In this document: piece after piece, positions 1 through 7,947 of the stretch
How the letters are laid out: each line of letters opens with the position of its first letter
Position numbering within the stretch: the stretch's first letter is position 1
Assembly (NCBI GenBank): GCA_020629955.1
Contig: JAHDCI010000001.1
Coordinates: 11,646-75,645 of the forward strand
Length of the DNA: 64,000 nucleotides
Source of the DNA: Myxococcota bacterium
GTDB lineage: Bacteria > Myxococcota_A > Polyangia > Polyangiales > Houyiibacteriaceae
Direction: 5' to 3'
Position numbers and translations under genes: made by a program
Notes under the pieces: model-generated
What the model was told of the DNA's origin: nothing
Databases searched by the model: none
What the model saw: only the letters and a program-made list of their open reading frames with translations

Positions 1-1
1 T

Positions 2-718
2 TTCGACGGCATGTACGAAGAGTGGGTCGTCGAAAACAATGTCGTCATCGTGGATCAAGATCACGGAATTACGTTTGCCGGGCTCGTCAATAGCCGCGTC
101 GTCAACAACACCTTGGTCTATCAAGGAAGCGGGGGACTCTCTGCGGAGATTCGAATCGCAAAACACAAAGATGGTCGTCCGAGCTCGAATGTGATCGTGC
201 GGAACAATCTGGTCTCGAGGGTCAATATCGTGCCGGGGCAATCCGTCAGTGAAGACCACAATATTCTCTTCACCAACATCCACGAGCACGTGGTCGATGT
301 GCGCGCATTCGATGTGCGTCTACGCGAAAGCAGCTCGGCGGTGAACGCGGGTACGATGGATCTTGCTCCGATCCTCGACCGCGATGGGAAGATGCGCCCT
401 GCAGGCGGGGCCATTGATATTGGCGCGTACGAGTTGGGCGCCACGCCTCCGCCAGTTCCAGAACCACGGGAGCCGGTCGAGCCGCCGTCCGAACCCGAAG
501 AGCCGCCCGCCGAAGAAGAGCCCGGACCCGGCTCGAGGCCAGCGCCCGTTCCGACGCCGCCTCGCCCCACGCCGCGAGACCCAGGTGTTCGAACCGATCC
601 TACCCCCGCCGGCGGGCCTTGCTCTGTGAGCTCGCCAGGTCTGGGCGGAACCCCGATTGGCGCGCCGCTTGGTCTCGGCCTTTTGTTCGGCTTGGTCGCC
701 CGTCGACGTCGGCGGTAG
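2..718 (+). CDS. C-terminal part of a secreted beta-helix-like protein with a Pro-rich linker and a MYXO-CTERM-type sorting tail (5' end lies outside the window)
   Basis: The reading frame of ORF 11..718 is open to the window edge. It has an IDIGAYE motif typical of the end of right-handed beta-helix / choice-of-anchor domains and a PPVPEPREPVEPPSEPEEP linker. The terminal GGPCS...GLGLLFGLVARRRRR (Cys + hydrophobic helix + Arg cluster) resembles MYXO-CTERM signals. Confidence 0.6.
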   Translation, partial: FDGMYEEWVVENNVVIVDQDHGITFAGLVNSRVVNNTLVYQGSGGLSAEIRIAKHKDGRPSSNVIVRNNLVSRVNIVPGQSVSEDHNILFTNIHEHVVDVRAFDVRLRESSSAVNAGTMDLAPILDRDGKMRPAGGAIDIGAYELGATPPPVPEPREPVEPPSEPEEPPAEEEPGPGSRPAPVPTPPRPTPRDPGVRTDPTPAGGPCSVSSPGLGGTPIGAPLGLGLLFGLVARRRRR

Positions 719-767
719 AGGCGAACGCCCTTGATTTGAACCGCATCGACAATCTAGTGTGTGGTGC

Positions 768-2273
768 ATGGCGCCCACGCCGCAAGCACACGGAAATCTA
801 ACCAAAACGCCGCTCGCGCACCTCATCTTGCAGCTCGCAGGAAAGAAGCTCTCCGGAACCTTGGCGATCTGGAGGCCAGACGGAGCCCAAGGACAAGATC
901 GGATTCGATTCGCGGATGGAGTGCCCGTCGCTGCCGCCGTGGAGACCCCGGGCTCATCCCTCGATCGTAGCTTGCTCCCGCTCTTTGAGAGAACGGGTGT
1001 CCCCTACGCGTTTTATGCCGAAGACCTCGTTCCCGATGCAAACGTCGAAGGGGAAACAGATCCGCTGAGGTTGATCGCCGCCTCGTGTCGCGGGGTGCTT
1101 CGAGACGATGTCGTCGATCCTATTCTCGCGCGGCTCAACGGCTTGCTACGGCTGCGCCGCGGAGCGCCCATGGAGCGCCTCGGGCTGATCGCGAAAGAAA
1201 CTGCGTTTGTCGATCTCATTCGCGCAAAGCCGCAGTCGGTCGAGCGCCTCATCGACGTCGCTCCAAACGCACGTGTGGCGCGGCGCATGCTCTATTTGCT
1301 CGCGATTACTCGCTGCGTAGAAGCGATCGATCCGGCGACCTTAAAGCAGGCGGCACAAAAGCGTGCGAACTCAAAACCTCCAGCGGCGCGGATCAGTCGC
1401 CCGCCCGTCGAGGAAACGTCGGAGGAGTTCGATCTACCGGGGCTGAGCGAACCTCCTCCTGCGCCGGAGAGTGCGGAGGGAGAATTTCCTGCGCCTCCCG
1501 CCTCGTTGAGTGAAGAGCACCGCGAACGCTGGCTCGAGATCGTCGAGTTCGCCAAACGGGTCGACACGATGAACTACTTCGAAATGCTCGGCGTAGAACA
1601 GACGGTCAGCCCGAAGGATGTTCAGCCGGCGTTCTTCCAACTGGTGAAGAAGTGGCACCCGGACCGCCTTCCTACGGAGCTCGAACCGCTTCGGGAAACC
1701 GCCGATACCATCTTCGGCCATCTTTCCGATGCTGAGAAAACGCTTACGGATTTGGAAGAGCGCGGCAAGTATCTCAAGTCGGTTCAAGGCGGCGGCGGCA
1801 CTCCGGAAGCCGATCGCAGGCTCGCGGCGGTGCTCAGCGCCGCGCTCGATTTTCAGAAAGTCGAAGTGCTCGAGCGAAGGCGCCGTTTCGACGAGGCGCT
1901 CACGCTTCTTCACCAGGTCCTCGAAGTCTCCGACGACGACCCGGATTACCACGCGATGCACGGCCTTCTGCTTTTTCGACAGTCGCCAACGGACAAAAAA
2001 ATTCAGCAAGAAGCACTCCTGCTTGCCGACAAAGCGCTCGGAATGGACGAAAAGAACGAGCGCGCAAAAATGCTCAAGGCGGAACTGCTCAGCCGGCGCG
2101 GCCGAGACGAGGAAGCGATCGAGCTCTACCGCGAGGTCGCTGCGAAGAATCCCAAGAACGAGGCGGCGGCGCGTCAAGTTCGACTCGCGAATATGCGAGG
2201 CGGGTCAGGCAAGAAGAAATCGAAGTCCGGAGACGAGGGACTGCTCGGAAAGCTCTTCGGCAAAAAGAAGTAG
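768..2273 (+). CDS. J-domain (DnaJ-like) protein with an N-terminal DUF4388-like region and C-terminal TPR-like repeats
   Basis: The J-domain signature is YFEMLGV...VKKWHPDRLP, with the HPD motif. The N-terminus GNLTKTPLAHLILQLAGKKLSGTLAIW is DUF4388-like. The ATG at 768 is preferred over the GTG at 759. Confidence 0.8.
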   Translation: MAPTPQAHGNLTKTPLAHLILQLAGKKLSGTLAIWRPDGAQGQDRIRFADGVPVAAAVETPGSSLDRSLLPLFERTGVPYAFYAEDLVPDANVEGETDPLRLIAASCRGVLRDDVVDPILARLNGLLRLRRGAPMERLGLIAKETAFVDLIRAKPQSVERLIDVAPNARVARRMLYLLAITRCVEAIDPATLKQAAQKRANSKPPAARISRPPVEETSEEFDLPGLSEPPPAPESAEGEFPAPPASLSEEHRERWLEIVEFAKRVDTMNYFEMLGVEQTVSPKDVQPAFFQLVKKWHPDRLPTELEPLRETADTIFGHLSDAEKTLTDLEERGKYLKSVQGGGGTPEADRRLAAVLSAALDFQKVEVLERRRRFDEALTLLHQVLEVSDDDPDYHAMHGLLLFRQSPTDKKIQQEALLLADKALGMDEKNERAKMLKAELLSRRGRDEEAIELYREVAAKNPKNEAAARQVRLANMRGGSGKKKSKSGDEGLLGKLFGKKK

Positions 2274-2277
2274 CGCG

Positions 2278-3738
2278 CTACTCGCTCTCTTCGTTCGCGC
2301 CCTCGTCGTCCGCCGGAGCTTCCGCCGTCTCTGCTGTCTCTGCCTGCTCGCTAGGTTCTTCCGCCGCGTCGATTTCATCGCTTCCGTCTTGAACGGGAGC
2401 TTCCGGCCGGCGCACCGGGGGCCCGTCAGGAGCCGGTTCCACATTGGACTGCGCGAGCGCGTAGATATGGCGGTCGTCGGAACCGAAGATGACATGCCCT
2501 TCTCGGCTTAGAACGGGCGGTGCGTCGACGTCGGCGCCCACCTCGAAGACCCATCGGAGCTCCCCTTCCGGAGAGAGCGAGTAGAGGAAGTCGTCATGAG
2601 AACCGAAGTAGATCGCACCATCGGCGTCAACGATCGGTCCCGAGACAATCCCAACTTCCGTGCTCATTCGAGCGGCGGCGGTGCTAAAGCTCCAGCCTTC
2701 TTCTCCATCGTCGCAAGAGAGCGCCACGACGCGCGGATGAGGACCGAAGACCGGTACGAGAAGTTCATTGCGCGCGGAAAGCGAAGCTGGGCCTCGAACC
2801 ATACCGCCGACTTCTTTGGACCACTTCAGTTCACCGTTGCGAGTGAGCGCGTAGACATTGCGGTCATCGCTCCCAAAGTAAATCGTGCCGTCGTCCCCGA
2901 TGACCGGGCTCGAGTCGTTATCGTCGCCCGTCCGATACGCCCAGCGCATCCGGCCATCGGGCGCGATTGCGTAGAAGTGATCGTCCTGAGAACCGACGTA
3001 CACGGTTCCATCCGAGTCGACGGCAGGAGTCGCGAAGATCTTCTCGCGAGCGGAGAAGCGCCACTGCACTTCCCCTTCGAGCGTCATGGACCAAACATCG
3101 AGCCCTGCAGCGAACACGATGCGTCCATCCGGCGTCTCGATTAAGCCCGTGTCCGCGTCATCCTCGGTGTTCATCCGCCACCTTTCGCGCCCACCTCGCG
3201 TAAAGGAGAAGACCATTCCTGCGTCACTACCAATGTAGAGGTTTCCATCCGAAGCGAGGAGCGCGGTGGAGTAGATCGGACCGCCAAGGTTCTCTTGCCA
3301 GCGAATGTTGCCGGCGGGGTTGATCGCTCGGAACGTTCCGTCGTGACTGCCGACGAAGATGTCGCCGCCGAGGTCGACGATCGCCTGCGCGGTGGTGCGC
3401 CCCCGCGTTTCAACACGCCAGAGAAGCCCCGCCCGTGAGGGGCCCCGCTGCGCAAATCGGCCCGCGTGACGAGCGCCACCCCGATACGCGCCGGGCGGAT
3501 CTTCGCTAAGCTCTCCAACCGCCAACTCCGAGCGGTCCTCTTGGTCCGCTTCGTCACCGGGTCCGTAGACGCGGATCGCCGTACCTGGGGTTGGCCCCGC
3601 GGTGTGGTTTTGCTCTTGCGAGGGATCGTCCTTCATCCAGAGCGCCACGACGGCGCCGCCGGCGACGATCCACATAAGGGCGATGGCGATATTCTTGCGC
3701 TGCACGTTGCTCCTAACGAAGAGGGCGGACTCTGGCAC
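2278..3738 (-). CDS. Membrane-anchored PQQ-like (BamB-type) beta-propeller repeat protein
   Basis: It has an N-terminal TM helix (IAIALMWIVAGGAVVALW). Repeated blades match the PQQ-like repeat pattern: GNLYIGSDAGMVFSF, DGTVYVGSQDDHFYAI, DGTIYFGSDDRNVYAL, GAIYFGSHDDFLYSL. Confidence 0.75.
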   Translation of the reverse strand: MPESALFVRSNVQRKNIAIALMWIVAGGAVVALWMKDDPSQEQNHTAGPTPGTAIRVYGPGDEADQEDRSELAVGELSEDPPGAYRGGARHAGRFAQRGPSRAGLLWRVETRGRTTAQAIVDLGGDIFVGSHDGTFRAINPAGNIRWQENLGGPIYSTALLASDGNLYIGSDAGMVFSFTRGGRERWRMNTEDDADTGLIETPDGRIVFAAGLDVWSMTLEGEVQWRFSAREKIFATPAVDSDGTVYVGSQDDHFYAIAPDGRMRWAYRTGDDNDSSPVIGDDGTIYFGSDDRNVYALTRNGELKWSKEVGGMVRGPASLSARNELLVPVFGPHPRVVALSCDDGEEGWSFSTAAARMSTEVGIVSGPIVDADGAIYFGSHDDFLYSLSPEGELRWVFEVGADVDAPPVLSREGHVIFGSDDRHIYALAQSNVEPAPDGPPVRRPEAPVQDGSDEIDAAEEPSEQAETAETAEAPADDEGANEESE

Positions 3739-3914
3739 ATCTGGGGGGACCTGACAAAAGCCGGTGGGCGAGAGTGGATCTTTGCACGGCCGCTGGCGGG
3801 AACGCGCGCCATTTCGCCAACATCCGCCACCATCAACGCGCTAAGCCATTGATTTCGTTGCACCAGGTTCCTGGCACACGTCGTGAAACGTTCTGACGCT
3901 GAAAAGGAACGTGG

Positions 3915-4652
3915 ATGGGGAAAGTACCGAAAACCAAGCGAGTCGAGACGCCGATGCTTCGAGAGCGAGCGATCTCGAGCGGCAGCGCAAGTCTCGACGA
4001 TATCGCCCTCGTCGCGCTCCTCCTGGGAACCGGGACATCTTCGCTATCGGTCGAAGAGCTCGCGGCGCGCGTCCTCGAGGAACATGGAGGTGTGGTGGGG
4101 CTTGGCCGCGCGACGATTGCAGGGCTTATGCAAAGCAAAGGGATCGGGCTCGCACGCGCGAGCCGCATCGCCGGCGCCATTGAGCTGGGACGGCGCGCGT
4201 TGACACGTCCACTCTCAAAGAGTGAACCGCTACGAAGCAGCCGTGATGTCGACCGCGCGTTCCGGCTGGGGATTGGGGCCGCGGAAAGTGAGCGCTTTGT
4301 GGCCGTTGCACTCGACGCAAAACACCGACCGACGCGGGAGATTCTCGTCCATCAGGGAGGAAGGATGTCCTGCCCCGTGGAGCCAGCGAGCGTGTTTCGC
4401 GAGCTTCTAAGAGCCAACGCGGTCGCAGCACTCTTTGTCCACAACCATCCGAGCGGAAGACCCGAACCAAGCCCCGAGGACGACATTCTCACCGAACGTC
4501 TGGCGCATGCCGGTGCGCTCATCGGGATTCCAGTGCTGGACCACATCATCGTCGCGCGAGAAGGCTACTTCAGCTTTCTCGACGCCGGGCGGCTCGAGGA
4601 AATCGAGTCGTTAATCGATAGCAAACCACACAAAGATCGAGGAAAAGAATGA
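3915..4652 (+). CDS. radC: RadC-family JAB/MPN domain protein
   Basis: It carries the JAMM motif HNHPSGRPEPSPEDDILTERL, an N-terminal helix-hairpin-helix-like region, and the typical length of about 230-245 aa. Confidence 0.85.
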   Translation: MGKVPKTKRVETPMLRERAISSGSASLDDIALVALLLGTGTSSLSVEELAARVLEEHGGVVGLGRATIAGLMQSKGIGLARASRIAGAIELGRRALTRPLSKSEPLRSSRDVDRAFRLGIGAAESERFVAVALDAKHRPTREILVHQGGRMSCPVEPASVFRELLRANAVAALFVHNHPSGRPEPSPEDDILTERLAHAGALIGIPVLDHIIVAREGYFSFLDAGRLEEIESLIDSKPHKDRGKE

Positions 4653-4771
4653 TCCCACTATGGCTCTCCATGATGATATCCACACCCGCGTGCGTAACCG
4701 ACGAAGCGCTCGATCCAGCCTTGCGTCCGCACGTGATCGCAGAAATGATCGAAGAAGTGCAGGAAGTCGCC

Positions 4772-4803
4772 TTGACACCTCATCAGGCAAGTGCTTTATG
4801 TGC
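4772..4803 (+). promoter_or_regulatory. Possible sigma70-type promoter of the rpmH operon
   Basis: TTGACA at 4772-4777 is followed 17-19 nt later by a TTTATGTG region. It sits about 25 nt upstream of the AAGGAG RBS (4813-4818) of rpmH. Confidence 0.3.
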
Positions 4804-4826
4804 CGACCTCCTAAGGAGATTTGAAC

Positions 4827-4976
4827 GTGAAGCGTACTTACCAGCCCAGTCGTACCCGCCGCCTCCGCAAGCACGGTTTTCGCGCCCGTATGGCGACGAA
4901 GGCCGGCCGGAAGGTCCTCTCTCGCCGTCGCGCGAAGGGCCGCAAGCGGCTCGCCGTCAGCACCTACAAGAAGTAA
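4827..4976 (+). CDS. rpmH: 50S ribosomal protein L34
   Basis: It has a GTG start with an AAGGAG RBS 8 nt upstream. The translation [49 protein letters not shown] is the canonical L34 sequence. It is absent from the ORF track because it is under 60 aa. Confidence 0.95.
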   Translation: MKRTYQPSRTRRLRKHGFRARMATKAGRKVLSRRRAKGRKRLAVSTYKK

Positions 4977-4982
4977 AGCTCC

Positions 4983-5369
4983 GTGAGCCTGCAGCGCTTT
5001 CGCGGCGCTGATCGGCTGAAGACTCGACGCGATTTTCGACGCGTTCAGTCTCAGGGCCGAAAGGTCCACACGCAAAGCTTCTTGGTGCTACTGCACCCCT
5101 CTCTCGATGGAGAGACCTCCCCGAAGATCGGATTCACCGTGACTCGGAAAGTCGGTCATGCTCCATCGAGAAATCGTTTTCGCCGTGTGCTCCGCGAAGT
5201 TTTTCGCCGCAACCGAGGGATTTTCCCTGACGGATGCGACACGGTGATTATCGTCAAGCGCGGTGCGGAAATCCCTTCGTACCAGAGCGCGCTCAAGGAA
5301 CTTGAAGGCGCTCGTGGACGTATTCGCAAAATAGGACGAGAACTTCGCGGCTTGCACTCTGTGCAATGA
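4983..5369 (+). CDS. rnpA: Ribonuclease P protein component
   Basis: It lies immediately after rpmH and is basic. The LKTRRDFRRVQSQGRK...FTVTRKVGHAPSRNRFRRVLRE pattern matches the RnpA family. Confidence 0.9.
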   Translation: MSLQRFRGADRLKTRRDFRRVQSQGRKVHTQSFLVLLHPSLDGETSPKIGFTVTRKVGHAPSRNRFRRVLREVFRRNRGIFPDGCDTVIIVKRGAEIPSYQSALKELEGARGRIRKIGRELRGLHSVQ

Positions 5370-5407
5370 GGTTGCAAGGCATGCCTTCGCTTTGCCGCTG
5401 ACGATCT

Positions 5408-7225
5408 ATGGACGACGCTAAAAGACAACTGCTGCTCCTCGTAGTAATCGGGGCGGTCACCTTCGGCCTCTACGAATCCGGGATCCTCGGAGGCGACGGA
5501 GAAAACGAGGAAACCCCTGCGGCAGAAGTCGCGGAGGCTGCGCCTGCGGACACGGGCGGAGCGTACGATCCGCTTAGCGCGCCACCTCTCGACGCCGGCG
5601 TCCGCGAAGCGCGCGAAGCTGCCGAGACGCTCTACACAATCGAAACGGACGCAATGCGTGCCGTATTTACCGACCGAAACACTGGCGTCGTATCGGTGCA
5701 GCTTAAAGAAGAGCAGTTCGCCAATGACGACGGCTCTCTTCTCGAGCTCGTAACCACCGACAAAGAACGCTATTTTCCCTTCCGGGTCTACGTCACTGGA
5801 GTTGAAATTCCGGAGGATGCGGTTTGGACCGGTCGTCAGGTCGACGCAACGCATGTTGAGTTCGAGTACCGAACGGAAGATGGCATTCGCATCGTTCGCG
5901 AGATCAGGGCGGCAGAACAGAACTACGAGCTTGTTTCACGCGTCCGAGTCATCAACGAATCCGCGCATCAGCGTCACGCTCGCGTGCGTTATATGACGCA
6001 TCACTATCTACGCCGCGAAGACGAATCCGGCGGCTTTATCGCGCGTCCTCCGACCCGGCTTGCGAAGGGTGCGTGTTATCACTCCGACGAAGAGTCGATG
6101 GATCGCGCCGAGGTTGCAGACCTCGTGACGGACACGGTGGGCTTTCCCTCACCCGAGTTTACGGGTTTTCACGATACCTACTTCTCAAACCTCCTGATCT
6201 CGACCGAGGGAGAGGCAACGCGCTGTGTGCTCTCTGCGCAACGACGCGGCGCTGGCGAAGAAGGCTACAGCGGCACCCTTCTGCAGGCGGAGCTTCGGTT
6301 CCCACAAGCCACGCTCGATGCCGGCCAAGAAACCGTCGCGACCGCAACAGCGTTCATGGGACCGCACGACCGAGACGTCCTTCGGGCTTCAGGCCATCAT
6401 TTGTCCGAAGTCATCGACCTTGGTTGGTTCAGCATTATTGCAGACGGTCTCATCTCCGCGCTTAAGTTTATCCGCGGCTTCGTCGGCAACTGGGGCTTCG
6501 CGATCATCCTCCTGACCTTCTTCGTAAAGCTGCTCTTCTTGCCGCTCACGATGAAGAGCTTCGAGTCGATGGCCGCGATGCGCCGCCTCAAGCCGCAGAT
6601 CGACGCGCTGAATGAGAAGTACGGCGATGACCGAGAGGCCAAGGGTGCCGCGACGATGGCGCTCTACAAACGCGAAGGAGTCAACCCCGCTGCGGGTTGC
6701 TTACCCTCGCTTTTGCAAATGCCGGTCTGGTTCGCGCTCTATCGTTCGCTCTCGACCAACGTCGAACTCTACCGCGCACCCTTTGCGCTCTGGTGGCAAG
6801 ATCTCTCCGCGCCCGACCCGTACTTCGTATTGCCGGTCATCGTCGGTCTGTTGATGCATTTCCAGCAGCGCTTGACGCCCAACACCATGGATCCGGCGCA
6901 AGCGAAGATCTTCATGTACGTCATGCCGATCATCTTCGGCGGCTTCATGCTCTTCCTGCCCGCTGGCCTTTGTCTCTACATCGTGACGAACTCAACGCTT
7001 TCCATCCTGCAGCAGCGCTGGATCTATCGTAGACTCGACGAGAAGGAAGCGGCGAAGAAAGCTGCGGGTCCTCAAGACGAGGCCGATGACGACGCGGACG
7101 TTGATGACGACTCCGACGCACAAACTGACAATTCCGACACAGAAAACCCCGGCAGCGGAAGCGCATCTCGTCGCCCCACGTCCGGCAAGAAAAAGAAGCG
7201 AAAGGCACGCAGTGGACGACGCTAA
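5408..7225 (+). CDS. yidC: Membrane protein insertase YidC
   Basis: It has a large periplasmic P1 domain followed by the conserved 5-TM core (NWGFAIILLTFFVKLLFLPLT..., LKPQIDALNEKYGDD, GVNPAAGCLPSLLQMPVWFALY). It sits in the rnpA-yidC-jag context. Confidence 0.95.
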   Translation: MDDAKRQLLLLVVIGAVTFGLYESGILGGDGENEETPAAEVAEAAPADTGGAYDPLSAPPLDAGVREAREAAETLYTIETDAMRAVFTDRNTGVVSVQLKEEQFANDDGSLLELVTTDKERYFPFRVYVTGVEIPEDAVWTGRQVDATHVEFEYRTEDGIRIVREIRAAEQNYELVSRVRVINESAHQRHARVRYMTHHYLRREDESGGFIARPPTRLAKGACYHSDEESMDRAEVADLVTDTVGFPSPEFTGFHDTYFSNLLISTEGEATRCVLSAQRRGAGEEGYSGTLLQAELRFPQATLDAGQETVATATAFMGPHDRDVLRASGHHLSEVIDLGWFSIIADGLISALKFIRGFVGNWGFAIILLTFFVKLLFLPLTMKSFESMAAMRRLKPQIDALNEKYGDDREAKGAATMALYKREGVNPAAGCLPSLLQMPVWFALYRSLSTNVELYRAPFALWWQDLSAPDPYFVLPVIVGLLMHFQQRLTPNTMDPAQAKIFMYVMPIIFGGFMLFLPAGLCLYIVTNSTLSILQQRWIYRRLDEKEAAKKAAGPQDEADDDADVDDDSDAQTDNSDTENPGSGSASRRPTSGKKKKRKARSGRR

Positions 7226-7742
7226 AACCAGCTCGGGCGAAGGCCCACTTCTTGACGCTGTCTCGAAGAACGAAGATTCCCAAGACTTTGACGCCAAGGC
7301 AGATGATGCCGCGGACCTTCTCGAGGACATTCTCGACATCATGGATATTGATGTCGAGGTCGAGATTCGCGCGGACGGCGAACAGATCGAGCTCGACGCG
7401 CAAGGCCCTGACGCCGGCCGCGTGATCGGCAAGAAGGGGCAGACGCTCGAAGCGCTTCAGTTCCTGCTCAATAAGATCATCAACCGATCCCCGGACGATC
7501 GTCGGTACATCATCGTCGACTCGGGCGACTACCGCGAGCGCCACGAGCGTGGTTTGGTCTCACTCGCAAAGCGCGAAGCAAAACGCGCGATGGACGAGGG
7601 CAAGACCGTCACCTTGCACCCCATGAGTCCGCGTGATCGTCGCGTGATTCACCTCTCGCTCGCGAAATTTGAAGGCGTGACCACGCTCTCCCAAGGACAC
7701 GGCGCGAAGCGACGCATTCAAATCATCCCGGGCTCCGACTAA
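7212..7742 (+). CDS. jag: Jag/KhpB-type RNA-binding protein (KH + R3H domains)
   Basis: The KH-like segment is GRVIGKKGQTLEALQFLLNKI and the R3H segment is PMSPRDRRVIHLSL. The start is placed at an in-frame GTG that overlaps the yidC stop. The ORF-track start at 7086 would overlap yidC by 140 nt. Confidence 0.8.
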   Translation: MDDAKTSSGEGPLLDAVSKNEDSQDFDAKADDAADLLEDILDIMDIDVEVEIRADGEQIELDAQGPDAGRVIGKKGQTLEALQFLLNKIINRSPDDRRYIIVDSGDYRERHERGLVSLAKREAKRAMDEGKTVTLHPMSPRDRRVIHLSLAKFEGVTTLSQGHGAKRRIQIIPGSD

Positions 7743-7797
7743 AAACGGTCCCCCAGCCGTCGGTGAGGATGGCCCCTAGCTAGCCACGGACTCGCTC

Positions 7798-7824
7798 AAA
7801 ACGTCACGATACTCGTGGCGTTTT
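7798..7824 (+). terminator. Rho-independent terminator after jag
   Basis: AAACGTCACGA / TCGTGGCGTTT forms an 11-bp stem (one G-U pair) with a short loop, followed by a TTTTCCGTTTTT tract. Confidence 0.6.
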
Positions 7825-7947
7825 CCGTTTTTCATTCCGAGCGTTTGAAACTCTCGTCAGTGTCTTTCCCCAGAGAAAACACGGTCGAGAGTTGCCTGCC
7901 ACCGCAAAATGACGGATACCATCGGACTCGGGCGAGAGAAGCAGTAA

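Noticed and set aside
4676-4684. A DnaA-box-like ATATCCACA upstream of rpmH, raising the possibility of oriC.
   Set aside because: It is a single 8/9 match. There is no cluster of boxes, no AT-rich unwinding element, and no dnaA or dnaN nearby.
7086-7211. The ORF-track start for jag at 7086, overlapping yidC by 140 nt.
   Set aside because: The extension is His/Thr/Pro-rich, lies inside the yidC C-terminal coding region, and has no RBS. An in-frame GTG at 7212 that overlaps the yidC stop gives a normal-length Jag.
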